Of a stretch of 64,000 nt of DNA, positions 1 through 11,213 are shown piece by piece. Where the stretch lies: IMG/VR virus record IMGVR_UViG_3300025715_000009, positions 324,269 through 388,268 of that record; one strand, written 5' to 3'. The notes below the pieces were generated by a model. That model searched no databases. It worked only from the letters and a program-made list of their open reading frames with translations, and was not told the origin of the DNA. The stretch is from a virus (lineage: Duplodnaviria; Caudoviricetes). The translations under genes and the position numbers were made by a program. Each line of letters opens with the position of its first letter. The first letter of the stretch is position 1.

Positions 1-1396
1 GTTGGACTGTTTTTTAAATATATCTTAATTGTTTCATCAACTGTTGGTTCTCTATCATGTTTCTCAATAAAATTGGAATAAAACCTCTCAAATGATAGAA
101 ATCCTTCATGATCTGTTGGATATACTTTTCCTTGTGTGGCTAAAGTGTTCCACACTACTTTGGCATTTTTCCATGGTTGGGGGAGTTGTTGCTTAGTCAT
201 GTCTATTGCTTCTTGAAGTTTCATATTATGCCTCCTATATTAATGATTATATCCAATATGATATTTAACATTATATTGTTCATTAAGTTTTCTGTATTCA
301 TCATAATCAACAAAATGTATTTTTATTAAAAAATATAAAACATCTTGTGGAACAAAATCTGGCCATTTGTTTATTTGTTTAAATGTATCAAGATATTTTT
401 CTTTTACTAATCTTATTTTATCTGGGTCATCAGTCCCATAAAACTCTATTTTCCACTGGTTAGATTTTTTACTATACCATATTTGAATTGCTTTAAATTG
501 TGTTATATATTCTGGCATAGGTCCAAAATCTGTTATCCATAAATCTAACTCTGGGCTACGATATTTTTCTGGCATAGGCGCATTTGATGTTGATACTTTC
601 CATCTTATATCTTGATGGATATCAGAATTCCAACTATCATTATAATCTGAATAAAATTGATATATTTTCATTTGGTTATCTCTATTTTAAAACTTGGATT
701 TGAAAATAAATCTTGCAATAAATCTTTCATTAACTTCTCTAATTTCTTTTGATATATTTCTATATATGCAATTGCTTCATAAGAATTTGGCTCTTTGTTA
801 TATTGCTCTCTATATCCTTCCCATGTTTTTTTAACTATTAATTTATTTGGCATAATAGTAATATACTCACCTGGTTTATAAAAGAAATAATATGATTGAA
901 AACCATGATCAGAGAAAAATTTTTTTATATAATGAATTTGATACCATCTGCTATCGAGTTGATTGTAATATATCCTTCCTTCTTTTATTTCTTCAAATGG
1001 TGTTGTTTTAAACATTAAATATTCCTTTTAAAATTGCTCTTTTATATTTATACATTGCTTTAAAAATAACATTATATTGATTTTCTGTTAATTTGCCTTT
1101 TTTCTTGGCACTATAAATTAAATCTTTTACAACATTCATTTGATTATAATAATTTCTTGGCAAATAATTATAAAAAACTAATTCCCAAATTTCTGCTTCT
1201 TTTTGACTTATATTAATATATTTAGGTGGATTTAAAACACCAGCCCATACACTTTTACCATATTTAATTTGATTAGGTGTTAGTTTATATTCTTTAGATG
1301 CTTCCAGAATAGATTTTAAAAAGTTGTGTTCGTGTGTTTCTAACCATTTTTCTATTTCTATCAATTCTGGTAATTGTTCTAAATTATATGGTAATA

Positions 1397-1621
1397 TCAT
1401 TTGAATATTGTCCTTATTGCTGCTCTCTCGTCTAAGAATAAACTTTTTACAATAGACCCATCTGGGTGCATAGTGTTATTATCAACTGTCATGCCATCTA
1501 TATCATAAATAACTTGAATAATTTTATAAGCATATGCTTTTTGATTATTATAAGAATCTATTGTTTTAACCACACATACACTTCTTAATGTATCAGATTT
1601 TCTAACTATATATCCAATCAT
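1397..1621 (-). CDS. small hypothetical protein, paralog of 1634..1852
   Basis: Both start MIGYIVR and share Y.II..IYD.D, DG.I and a C-terminal ER..IR.IF. Confidence 0.7.
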   Translation of the reverse strand: MIGYIVRKSDTLRSVCVVKTIDSYNNQKAYAYKIIQVIYDIDGMTVDNNTMHPDGSIVKSLFLDERAAIRTIFK

Positions 1622-1633
1622 TCTCTGTCCTTT

Positions 1634-1852
1634 TTATGATCCAAAAATCTCTCTTATAATTATTCTTTCATTTGTTAATATTAAATGTCTTAAAATAGCA
1701 CCATCTGAATAAGAACTAACATCTGTTTGATTATCCGTATCATAAATAATTTTAATTATTTCATAATCTGCTATTTCATTTGCTGATTTATTAAATTCTA
1801 CTTTCCATACATGCTGTAATTTTCCAATATTTCTAACTATATATCCAATCAT
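1634..1852 (-). CDS. small hypothetical protein, paralog of 1397..1621
   Basis: Tandem paralog, see above. Confidence 0.7.
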   Translation of the reverse strand: MIGYIVRNIGKLQHVWKVEFNKSANEIADYEIIKIIYDTDNQTDVSSYSDGAILRHLILTNERIIIREIFGS

Positions 1853-2403
1853 TCTTGACCTTCTTGTTTTTTAATCCAAGCGTCTATAATAGCATCAATT
1901 TCTTCTTCTGTAGCACTTTTATTTAATTGTTCTCTAAACTCTTTTGCCTTCTCTTCTATTCTTTCTTCGGGTACTTGCACCTGAAAACTTTCACCGGGGC
2001 GAATCAACATTTTATTTCCACATTTTTGACATTGAAAATCAACACCATCTTCTCTTACTTCTACTTTTACTTTATTGCTTTTACACTTCAAACATACAGA
2101 TATAAATCCATTAATTGGATATTTTTTTATATAATATTCCATTTTATTTCTCTAAATGCTTTTTATTATTATGGGATGTAAACCAAGAACCAAATGCTCT
2201 TTTTCCTCTTCTCTTTCTTTTTTCTTTTTCTGCTTTCTTTTTTAATTCTTCTTCTTCCTCTGGAGTCATTTTATTTTTAAAATAATGACCAACTTCACCA
2301 GTATCAATATTTATTTCTTGTAATATATTATCAAACTTCATATTTCCTCCATATTTATCTTTATTATTATTGTAAGATAATAACATGAATATAGTGAGGA
2401 AAC

Positions 2404-2724
2404 ATGGAAAATACAATTAATAGAAGAGAAGTAAAAAGAGAATTTAATAAAATTAACAAGAAGATAGAAGCAACCAAAATAGAATTAGAAAATGAACGAA
2501 GAAGGTCTGAGAAAAATTTTGAAAGACAAATAAAAGAAATAAAAGTTTTATTGTTAGGCAACAAAAAAGACATTCAAGAGTTATATAGAAGGTCTACTGA
2601 TAATACAGATGAAATAGAAAAATTACAAAATATTGTTAGTTGGACATTTAAAACAATTGTTGGAATTGTTATTACTGTCTTATTAACAAGTATATTAAAT
2701 ATATTTTTTGGATTTTTTAAATGA
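2404..2724 (+). CDS. coiled-coil protein with C-terminal TM helix (holin/XhlA-like topology)
   Basis: GAGG RBS; charged coiled coil followed by hydrophobic TIVGIVITVLLTSILNIFF. Confidence 0.45.
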   Translation: MENTINRREVKREFNKINKKIEATKIELENERRRSEKNFERQIKEIKVLLLGNKKDIQELYRRSTDNTDEIEKLQNIVSWTFKTIVGIVITVLLTSILNIFFGFFK

Positions 2725-2890
2725 ATTATTACATATCTTTTTCGCATAACAAAATAACAATATATATTACCCAAGAAGACAGACAGTATAGATACAATTA
2801 TAGATTAGCAGATGAACGAGCAGTAATAAAATTTATATTCAATCGGATTGATTTTTATAGATATAAAACAGAGATAGTGCAATACTAATA

Positions 2891-2922
2891 AAAAAAACAT
2901 CCTCTAACGAGGATGTTTTTTT
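2891..2922. terminator. bidirectional intrinsic terminator
   Basis: AAAAAAACATCCTC-TAAC-GAGGATGTTTTTTT between convergent units. Confidence 0.85.
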
Positions 2923-3124
2923 GGCAAAGTATCATCTTAATATAAGATACCTTACCAAGCGTTAAGAAGCAACCTACCTCTTAACAAGCCCTTATAATAT
3001 TATTATATTAATTGGGCTTACATAATTATCTTAAGCCTTACGGCCCAAAAAACAATAATGTGTCTGGCCAAACAACATCATTGCTCCAAGGTTTTCTGCT
3101 TGGTTTTTGCAGAATTTACCTTGA
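2923..3124 (-). ncRNA. putative structured ncRNA (six consecutive hairpins)
   Basis: ORF-free; hairpins include CAAGGT/ACCTTG, GCAATGATGT/ACATTATTGT, GGGCC-GTAA-GGCTT, AAGCCC/GGGCTT, GTTAAGA/TCTTAAC, GGTAAGGTATC/GATACTTTGCC; AAGCATAT motif upstream, terminator downstream. Confidence 0.5.
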
Positions 3125-3922
3125 TTTAACTATATTTATATATGCTTAATTTTTCACAAAATCATCAACTTCTGAAATAATTTCTGGATTTGTTAGTTTT
3201 AATAAATCATACTCCAAATCTTCTATTGTTTTACCAATCTCAATAATTGCTTTTTTCCACTTTTTCTTAAATATCAATGGCTCTTGTTTAGATAATTCAA
3301 TTCCTCTTTTTTGATAAAAATTTATGCAATATTTAATATATTCTATTTTATCCTGTTCTGTAGGTTTTTCATATAAATTATGTCTCAAGTAAAAAGGTTT
3401 TGGTGTTGTTGGTCCAGGTTTAACTGTCATTTTCTAATAAAATCCTTGCAATATCAGCAGAATCAATTTCTCTAATATATGTTTGGGCTTTTTCCAACGT
3501 CTGATTATCTTTAATTTCTTGTTTGACTAATTCAGCAATTTTTTCTAAGGCCAATTGTTCTGATGGAAATAAACACGTGGTTTTCCAACCATCAGGCCAA
3601 CCACTATCTTCTTTATATATTTTCCACTTCCTGCCATTAAAATATTCTATATAATATTCACCAAGAGGAGGGTTAAACATTTTACCAGTTCCAATCTTAA
3701 TTCTATACTTCATAACTAAAATCTATTATCCAAATTTAAGTCTATGAATAATTTGTATCTCTCCATCTTTATGTAATACCAAAGTTCCAAACCTTGTAAT
3801 AGAAATAAAATCTTCTCCTTGAACAGAGATGACAATACCATCTAAAGATGGTTCTAATCTTCTATCTGTAGGATCAATATCCTTAGGATATTTTACTGTA
3901 TCTCCAATATTCATATTACCTC

Positions 3923-5032
3923 CTAAAATCTATCGTGCTGCCTATTTACTCTTATTAATGTTCCACATTTGCCAAAATTCTTGATAGAGTTGGCTCCTAT
4001 ATATGTTCCTGCACTTCTCAATCCACCAAGTAAATCATCAATTACATTCTGAACAGGACCTTTATATTCTACTTCTTCAACTCTACCTTCACTCGTTCTA
4101 TAATTCTTCATTCCAGACATATGCTTTTCTTGGGCATATTCTGAAGACATGCCATAAAATACTTTATATTGTTTTGTAATTGTTTTTTTCTTATATACTC
4201 CATTATCCCACTCTAATTCATTAGATTCAAAACTCTTTTCAACTATATCACCTTCTTGTTCGTCAGTTCCTGAAAACATTCCACCAATCATTACCATATC
4301 ACTATTTGCTACAAATGCTTTTGCCACATCGCCAGGTGAGCGCATCCCCCCATCTAATACAATACCTGCACCTAAACCATGTGCTGCGTCTGAACATTCT
4401 ATTGCTGCAGAAATTTGTGGATAACCTGCACCAGTTTTTAATCTTGTGCTGCACATGGCACCCGGACCCAACCCGATCTTACAATAATCTGCTCCTGCAA
4501 TTACTAACTCTTGAACCATCTCTGGCGTTGCAACGTTGCCTGCAATAATAACATTTTCAGGAAATTCTTTTCTCACTTTTGAAACAAATGAAGCAAATCT
4601 TTGAGTATATCCGTTGGCAATATCAATACAAATTTTGATATCATATTTATACCCAATTTTAATTAAATGTTGTTTAAATTGTATCAATTCTTGCAACTCT
4701 TGATCGCTCATCCCAATTGTATAAAATCCATAATTAAGCATTCTACCCCAAGGATAAAGAGATATGTTCTCTTTTGAAAAAATTTCAAGCCATTTTTTAT
4801 TATTATGTTTAGCAATAGCAACAAACATCTTTTCTTGGGAAAAAACATCAAGCATTTCAAATGTCCCTGTTGCCATATTAGCAGCAATGATTGGCACGCC
4901 AGAAAACTCTGCACCATGCAGAGTTTTAAATACCCTCTCTAACTTTACTTGACTACGACTTTCAAGGGTTGAACGCTTTGGTCGAATTAACACATCAGAA
5001 AAATCTAATTTAATTTCATGATCAAGTATCAC
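3923..5032 (-). CDS. guaC: GMP reductase
   Basis: KLDFSDVLIRPKRSTL.SR, PIIAANM, DIANGY, AGNVAT, KIGLGPGAMCSTR, FYGMSS, SEG motifs. Confidence 0.95.
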   Translation of the reverse strand: MILDHEIKLDFSDVLIRPKRSTLESRSQVKLERVFKTLHGAEFSGVPIIAANMATGTFEMLDVFSQEKMFVAIAKHNNKKWLEIFSKENISLYPWGRMLNYGFYTIGMSDQELQELIQFKQHLIKIGYKYDIKICIDIANGYTQRFASFVSKVRKEFPENVIIAGNVATPEMVQELVIAGADYCKIGLGPGAMCSTRLKTGAGYPQISAAIECSDAAHGLGAGIVLDGGMRSPGDVAKAFVANSDMVMIGGMFSGTDEQEGDIVEKSFESNELEWDNGVYKKKTITKQYKVFYGMSSEYAQEKHMSGMKNYRTSEGRVEEVEYKGPVQNVIDDLLGGLRSAGTYIGANSIKNFGKCGTLIRVNRQHDRF

Positions 5033-5259
5033 TTTTTGCTCCTAATAATAAGTTTTTTGCTTCCAAAATAGTAATGGCATCAAGTGCCTCTTGCTTATCT
5101 ACAATTTTATATAATGTTAAAAGTTTTTTTATTTGTTTATTCAAGGCCGGATTATACATAAATCTCCTTGATTCAAAATCATAGGCAAAATATTTTTCTT
5201 CAATCATCATAATTACAGGGTCGAGAATTGCTAAATCTATATTTTTTATTATTAAATAA

Positions 5260-5454
5260 TTAATTTTCTCCATCTAATAATAACCTTTTTGCTTTATCCA
5301 CCATTTTAGGATTAAGGAGATAAACTATCTCATAATCTGGCTTGCCCTGTTTTAATGCTTCTATTATTTTTTTATAATTTGGGTCTTCAGACTGTATAAT
5401 AACAACCTTATCTAAATAAAAAGTTATACAATCTTGTGTAATAATATATTTCAT
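5260..5454 (-). CDS. short protein resembling only the N-terminus of rIIB
   Basis: Overlaps the rIIA stop; YIIT..CIT......II....PNY.KII.AL resembles rIIB starts from memory; only 64 aa. Confidence 0.4.
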   Translation of the reverse strand: MKYIITQDCITFYLDKVVIIQSEDPNYKKIIEALKQGKPDYEIVYLLNPKMVDKAKRLLLDGEN

Positions 5455-7472
5455 TTATTCAACTCTTGAACATATGCTGTTATGTTTTGAATATCTTTAT
5501 CAGTTAATTTAAAATTCCAAATTGTGCTTGAAATATAATGATTCAAATATTCTAACATGGGGTAATAATCTAATAAATTATCAATTTTTGAATCATCTTC
5601 TATTTCTATTTTTGGGAGGAGACTATTAATTAAATTAAAATTCTCTCCTTTAAAAAATTCTTCTTTCTGTTTTTGTAATTGACTTACTTGATAAAAAATA
5701 AAATACATCTTGGAGTAAAGAGGAAGTGTCATTCTTCCTTCTTTAAAAGCATTATAGAGAAATTTATTGCTGTGAGAACTAAACCATTTTTCTAATGCTA
5801 TACTAATTTTTCTAAATTCTTTTACCTTGTCTGTTTGCTTTTCCAATACCCTATTTAACTCTTGTGGGAGAAAGTCTAAGACGTTTATCAATCTATGGCT
5901 ATATTTTTGAGCAACAGATTTTATTATCCCATAGATTTTTACATCCTTTGATAGGATATTTAAGGTATAAGCATTATCAAGCATTCTCTGAAAAGAGGCT
6001 GTGTTTATTTTTTGACCATTATTAACTATCTTGCCTCGCAATAAAGGAACATAATAGATTGTGCCAGTCAAGTCTTTAAAAGAGTAGCCATTAGAAGAAT
6101 AAAAAGAACCAGTATATAAAATAAAATCCTTGGTCTTTTTTCTTGATGAAGGAGTTGATTTAGGTTTCTCCATTTGACTGGTTAAGATATGATCTGCTTT
6201 ACCCAAGCAGTCAACAATTGCTTGATCAAAGTTATCGAAAAAGATAATTCTGTTGTCAAATTTAACCAAAGATCTGGCTTTAGTAATTGATTCTCGAGGT
6301 TTTAACCCATCTCCAAAGACTATAACATCTTTGTCTGGATAAATAGAAAATTCATATTTAAAATGTGTTTTCTTAACAGTGCTATGATCTCTTTGATATA
6401 TAAAGGCTAATGTTTTAAACTTTTCTGGATGAAAATTAAAACTACCTGTCAATGCTTCTCCATTATATAAAACTGGAAGATCAGATGAAGATTTTAAACC
6501 ATATTTTCGAATTGATTGTTTTAATTGTAAATTAGCCTTCCATAATGTTTCTGCTTGACGAACTTCTTGAATAAATAAATCATAAAATTCATCAAACACC
6601 TGATTCAACCGAGAGGATATGTTTTTTACAGTTAATTCATCATATGACAAGGTCTCTCTACTTGCTGCTGTCTCTAATTGTCCTATTGGAAATTGGATGA
6701 TAAAATTATTTGCCAAGACAAATTGATGTTTGACGTCAGAGAACTTGGTATCACTAATAGGATAATAAACATTGCCCTGTAGGGCAATTGCTTTAGTCAT
6801 TGTATGTGGTTTTACTAATTTCCAATTAGAACCAGACAATAACACCTCTGGTCGTGGAAAATCCGAATTACAATTTACAATGGTAGGAGGAGTATCAAAA
6901 AAGTAATATATCTTTTTAGCCTTATTAATAAATTCAGATATATCTCCTCTTTTGACATTGATTTTGATAGTTATCCCATTTTCTTTATCAGTGTCTTGAT
7001 CAACTATCTTGGCAATTTTAGGTGTTCCATCTTCTCCAAGAAAGCAAGTATAAACACAATATGTAGAGTTGTATACAGACTCAACAACAAAACTATCAGT
7101 ATAAGAGAAAGCACTCTTAGATCCTAGACCTAATGCTCCAATAAAATCATTTGATTCAGTTTTATTACTATCAAAATAAGTAGTGAATAAAGTATATATA
7201 GTAGAATGATCCATGCCTGTTCCAAAGTCTTGGACACTAAAGAATGGCTCTTCATAAGATGGAAGGTGGACTATGAATGGGGTTGTTGCTTTACCAGCAG
7301 ACACATGACTATCATAAGCATTAGTGCTATATTCACGAATTATAGCAGTGATCTTATCTGAGTAGAGATTATCAGACAAGATCTTGAATGCCTTAGGAGA
7401 TGTTTTAATAGTAAAAGAGTTGGTATTTGTTATATTGGTAGAGATGTCAACAACACTGTCATGCAATCGCAT
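5451..7472 (-). CDS. rIIA: rIIA-like protein (GHKL ATPase N-terminus)
   Basis: AF.ILS..LYSDK..AIIRE..TNA.DSH, DFGTGM, IGALGLGSKSAFSYTDSF, SRE.LSY. Confidence 0.9.
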   Translation of the reverse strand: MRLHDSVVDISTNITNTNSFTIKTSPKAFKILSDNLYSDKITAIIREYSTNAYDSHVSAGKATTPFIVHLPSYEEPFFSVQDFGTGMDHSTIYTLFTTYFDSNKTESNDFIGALGLGSKSAFSYTDSFVVESVYNSTYCVYTCFLGEDGTPKIAKIVDQDTDKENGITIKINVKRGDISEFINKAKKIYYFFDTPPTIVNCNSDFPRPEVLLSGSNWKLVKPHTMTKAIALQGNVYYPISDTKFSDVKHQFVLANNFIIQFPIGQLETAASRETLSYDELTVKNISSRLNQVFDEFYDLFIQEVRQAETLWKANLQLKQSIRKYGLKSSSDLPVLYNGEALTGSFNFHPEKFKTLAFIYQRDHSTVKKTHFKYEFSIYPDKDVIVFGDGLKPRESITKARSLVKFDNRIIFFDNFDQAIVDCLGKADHILTSQMEKPKSTPSSRKKTKDFILYTGSFYSSNGYSFKDLTGTIYYVPLLRGKIVNNGQKINTASFQRMLDNAYTLNILSKDVKIYGIIKSVAQKYSHRLINVLDFLPQELNRVLEKQTDKVKEFRKISIALEKWFSSHSNKFLYNAFKEGRMTLPLYSKMYFIFYQVSQLQKQKEEFFKGENFNLINSLLPKIEIEDDSKIDNLLDYYPMLEYLNHYISSTIWNFKLTDKDIQNITAYVQELNK

Positions 7473-7856
7473 TAGGCCCCCTAAAATATATCATCAAGCA
7501 AACGCTCTGCTAAATTATCTATATCCATTTGACCACGTTCTTTTACAGAGGAAGAAATAATTTTCTTGACATCTTCTCGAGATAAACCCATACTCTTTAA
7601 ATCCAACAATGACTTTTTAACTTCATCGTCTAATGGATTAGATTTGGGTTCTGTCTTCTCAAATAATTTTTTAAATAGAGGAAGAGGCACATCAATCATC
7701 TCTCCATCAATCATAAACGAGACCATATCTTTCTCTTTGTCAATAAGAGGAACTGATTGAGGCATTTTAGGAGCGTAATAGATTGTTTCCATATCTTTAT
7801 ATATGCCAAAAAAAGCCACCTGTTAGGGTGGCTTTGAATTAATCTTTGGTTTTTAG

Positions 7857-8360
7857 TTAGAGTGTAACACGAGCGTATTCATTAGTAGCAATAGAAATCT
7901 TATCAGTAAAAGCATCATAAGATATGTCAATTGTATTATTCAACTTATTGGTTGTCCAAAATCCAGCTCCACTAGAAGTATCAACAAAAGTACCGTCATC
8001 ATTTAGATGAATTCCATATGAATTAAAAACCCACCACTCGTTTGCAAGTACATTAATCATTCGATAGTCTTCGAAAGTGATGTTAACAGGATCAGAGAGA
8101 ACACCATCTTCACTAACAGTGATTGAATAGTTGGTGTAGGGAAAAGCTGTTCCAGTAGGCTTTACCTGACGATTTTCTACAACAGGAGCACCACGATCAT
8201 AAGTAATAGTTACTTCAATTGTAGCAAATTCAGTCCATACCTGCACAGGAAAATCAGTGATTTCTACACTCATAACAATGGGTGAAGTGGCTGGATTATC
8301 ACAACCCACGAAACTGAACAGCGTAACTAGAATAGCAAAAACAAACATAATCTTCTTCAT
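7857..8360 (-). CDS. putative lipoprotein
   Basis: MKK + hydrophobic stretch + FVGC lipobox; GGAGG RBS; promoter upstream. Confidence 0.65.
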   Translation of the reverse strand: MKKIMFVFAILVTLFSFVGCDNPATSPIVMSVEITDFPVQVWTEFATIEVTITYDRGAPVVENRQVKPTGTAFPYTNYSITVSEDGVLSDPVNITFEDYRMINVLANEWWVFNSYGIHLNDDGTFVDTSSGAGFWTTNKLNNTIDISYDAFTDKISIATNEYARVTL

Positions 8361-8388
8361 AAAACCCTCCTACAGGTTTGATAAGATT

Positions 8389-8416
8389 ATTATACTGCAA
8401 GTATGCTTTCTCTAAA
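8389..8416 (-). promoter_or_regulatory. early-type promoter TTTAGA-N16-TATAAT
   Basis: Same hexamers and spacing recur at 13989, 17768, 37773, 41721. Confidence 0.7.
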
Positions 8417-8435
8417 CACTTTTTTTAAAAAAAAT

Positions 8436-8509
8436 AGGCCCAGACAGGAATTGAACACTGTGATTCTATCAATTGCAGTTGATTTGCCTTCCCACTTGGC
8501 TACTGGGCC
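8436..8509 (-). tRNA. tRNA-Cys(GCA), degenerate
   Basis: GGCCCAG/CTGGGCC acceptor, U73; anticodon loop only 6 nt (CTGCAA) and bulged T stem. Confidence 0.6.
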
Positions 8510-8514
8510 ATAGA

Positions 8515-9120
8515 TTATCTTGTAAAAGTATAACCACCTAGTATGATTTCTCTGTTATAGAAATCATATGAACCAGATATATCACCAAATAGAGTAATCA
8601 AAGTAGATGCTGCTGGAACATACCACGTGCCAGATTTTGAATCTGAAGTGGTCCAAGTTCCATTTTGTCCACCAACTACATCATAAGATGTTTGTACAAG
8701 ATTTAATATAACTGTACCATCTGACCAATCATCACTTGGATTATTGATTGTTATTGATATAGGGTTAGAATAAACATATGATCCAGTTAAATAATCAGTG
8801 ATATAGGATCGAATTACAGCAGTTCCATATCTAATAGCCTGACCATTATCTACTATATCAGTAAATCCTGTTGAATCTACAGAAGTAAGTCGATTTGTAA
8901 TGATAGAACCATCATCCATATAAATAGTTGAGGTAAAGCGAAAACCAAGTTGATAGCCATCTGATCCTGGTGCTTGTTCTAGAACAATGCTTTCAGGCTT
9001 AGGAACAGGAGGAAGGAAACTTATAGTACAACTTGATAGCATAAGCAAGATGCAAAGCCAAATCATAATCCCTCCCAATCTGTACAAATTCCATACTTGG
9101 TTAATTTGTTCTTTGTACAA
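8515..9120 (-). CDS. putative lipoprotein (true start probably MIWLCILL)
   Basis: LSSC lipobox after GGAGG; composition like 7857..8360. Confidence 0.55.
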   Translation of the reverse strand: MYKEQINQVWNLYRLGGIMIWLCILLMLSSCTISFLPPVPKPESIVLEQAPGSDGYQLGFRFTSTIYMDDGSIITNRLTSVDSTGFTDIVDNGQAIRYGTAVIRSYITDYLTGSYVYSNPISITINNPSDDWSDGTVILNLVQTSYDVVGGQNGTWTTSDSKSGTWYVPAASTLITLFGDISGSYDFYNREIILGGYTFTR

Positions 9121-9269
9121 ATAGTTCTGTTCCCATCAGAAGTAACTGTAGAAAGATTATAAACAAATAGACCACGAAATGTGCTTTCATATATACAATT
9201 TTTACAACTATTACCAAGCATCAAATTCTTGGCAATAAATGGTGGAACAACTTTCTTTTTAAAAAACAT
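9063..9269 (-). CDS. small Cys-rich AKxLLL/CxxC family protein
   Basis: AKNLMLGNSCKNC...C...ICTDW. Confidence 0.65.
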   Translation of the reverse strand: MFFKKKVVPPFIAKNLMLGNSCKNCIYESTFRGLFVYNLSTVTSDGNRTICTKNKLTKYGICTDWEGL

Positions 9270-9850
9270 ATTAGTTAAACGTATTGCCTTTCGCTGGTAG
9301 GCCCATACTTGTTTCTACACCTTCAAAGACACACTGATCTTCAGTAAAATGTACTAGGATAGTATAGTCCTGACCATAGAAATTGAAGAGATAGAGTATC
9401 TCACCATCATAGTCATAATCAAAAACCTGACCTGTTTTAAGGTTCTTGACTTGACCTTCCTCATTGAATCTTAGGACATAAGTTTGCTCTCCAATAGTGA
9501 TTTCCCAGGTTCTAACCCAAGGATTCCAATATGGGAGAGCAATGGCTGAAAGAGACAGAATGAGAAATAGGGCAAATACAATCTTTTTCATAACTCCTCC
9601 AGGAGGAATTATACTCTATTATTCTCTTCCTCTAAAAATTTTATATAATTATCAAAAATAAAATCTAAAATAGGTTCAGATTCCAAAGCATATCTAGATG
9701 CTTTTTTACGCAAAAGAATCCAAACAATTGCACTAATAAAAGCCAAGTATTGTAGTGCAAATAGTGGAGGCCAAAGGACACCAAATCCAGAAAGTAGATA
9801 CAAAGACCAGGGGATGAGTCTAAACCATCCAAGTAATAGAGAATAAAATT

Positions 9851-10840
9851 TTACCATCCTCTCCTCCTCCTATATTCATCGGCTCTTCTTTCTGCTTCTT
9901 GTTCATCCCAAATTAAGATTTCCCAATGTGGGTGTAATGCTTTTACCTTTTCTAGAGAATAATCAGTTTGCTTTTTTAAGAACATAGAATTGCTTGTAAA
10001 GTAATAATCATGTTCCCACCCATTTAATGTTGATTTATCTCTTTCATGATAAGAAAGGCCTTGATTATGAAATTCTTGTTTAGAAACAAAGGCAATTTGC
10101 TCGTTTAATAATTGCTCGGGGTTTGGAATAACATTGCTAGAATCAAGCACTTCCGCTACTACAATAGATGTTTTTATAACAAGATGATTGTTGTCTGTTA
10201 AGAAGACGTTTCTCTTTTTTGGTTTATCATAAAGAATTTTTTCTTTTTTATCTTGACCTTGATAATAACCTTCTGTGATAGCCCACAGACTACCTAACCA
10301 GGTACCGATCTCTCCAGTTTGTAATCTTACTTTATATCCAGGTTTTAATTCATTCAAAGATACTTTCTTGTTCTTTAATTCAAATGATTCAATTCCTTCT
10401 TTATATAAATCAGTTCCTTCAGGTATAAGAAGAAGTGTAGTTTTATCCCAAGACCATACACATTTTTGTTGTATCACTCCATTTATTATAGAGCATTGTT
10501 TAATAATCTCTATTAAATTACCAGATCCAATTTGGAGAACAAATCCTCTAGGGTCTTCAACACAGAAGACAGATCTGCCAGAAGAAGTCCAAGCAGATGA
10601 TCTATGTTCTTGACCAACAAGTTTAAATCCTGCTATTAGATTATTATCAAAAGTTAAAACAGGATTTTCTTTATGTTTCCAATTATTCCAAATTGTCTCT
10701 TGCCTTATCTGTCCTTTTGCATCTTTATATGTAGCAAATCCAAGTATATATTCATTGTCTCTATCAGTATCTAAAGCATGCCCATAATTATTGACTCTTC
10801 TTTGAAAACCTACCAAGAATTTTTCTGGAGTGTATATCAT
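9851..10840 (-). CDS. hypothetical phage protein
   Basis: 329-aa ORF coupled to both neighbours. Confidence 0.7.
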   Translation of the reverse strand: MIYTPEKFLVGFQRRVNNYGHALDTDRDNEYILGFATYKDAKGQIRQETIWNNWKHKENPVLTFDNNLIAGFKLVGQEHRSSAWTSSGRSVFCVEDPRGFVLQIGSGNLIEIIKQCSIINGVIQQKCVWSWDKTTLLLIPEGTDLYKEGIESFELKNKKVSLNELKPGYKVRLQTGEIGTWLGSLWAITEGYYQGQDKKEKILYDKPKKRNVFLTDNNHLVIKTSIVVAEVLDSSNVIPNPEQLLNEQIAFVSKQEFHNQGLSYHERDKSTLNGWEHDYYFTSNSMFLKKQTDYSLEKVKALHPHWEILIWDEQEAERRADEYRRRRGW

Positions 10841-11213
10841 TCTTTATCCCACCTTGATTTGTGTACTTCAATTCCGTTTTCTTTTTCCATTTGATAAGCA
10901 AAAGCCTCTGCGAAATAAGCATCAATAGTTGTTTGAAAAACTTCAAAGGTTTGAGGATCTACTTTTTGTTTAATTCTTTCTAAGATAGGGTCTGATTCTG
11001 GTTTGGAGATAAATTCTTCTTTACTTACAAGTTTCTTGTTTACAAAATCATAATTATAAATCATTCTCAACCTCACCTCTAAAAATCAATCTCAATCCTA
11101 AATAAATAATAAAGAATCCGCTTACATCTATAAGTATGCCGTTTAATCCAAATAATTGGCAAACTATTGATCCAGCCCAACATAAAAAAGCATAACCCCA
11201 TAGACAAACATTG

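Noticed and set aside
4306-4952. Short ORFs overlapping guaC, and similar shadows over dnaE, the carbamoyltransferase and other genes
   Set aside because: Shadow or nested frames of well-supported genes, with no RBS or motifs.
7793-7819. Shared N-terminus MAF(F/L)GIY in ORFs 7481 and 46145
   Set aside because: Artefact of a GTG inside a conserved terminator followed by the GGCATAT motif; the real starts are probably the ATGs at 7792 and 46477.
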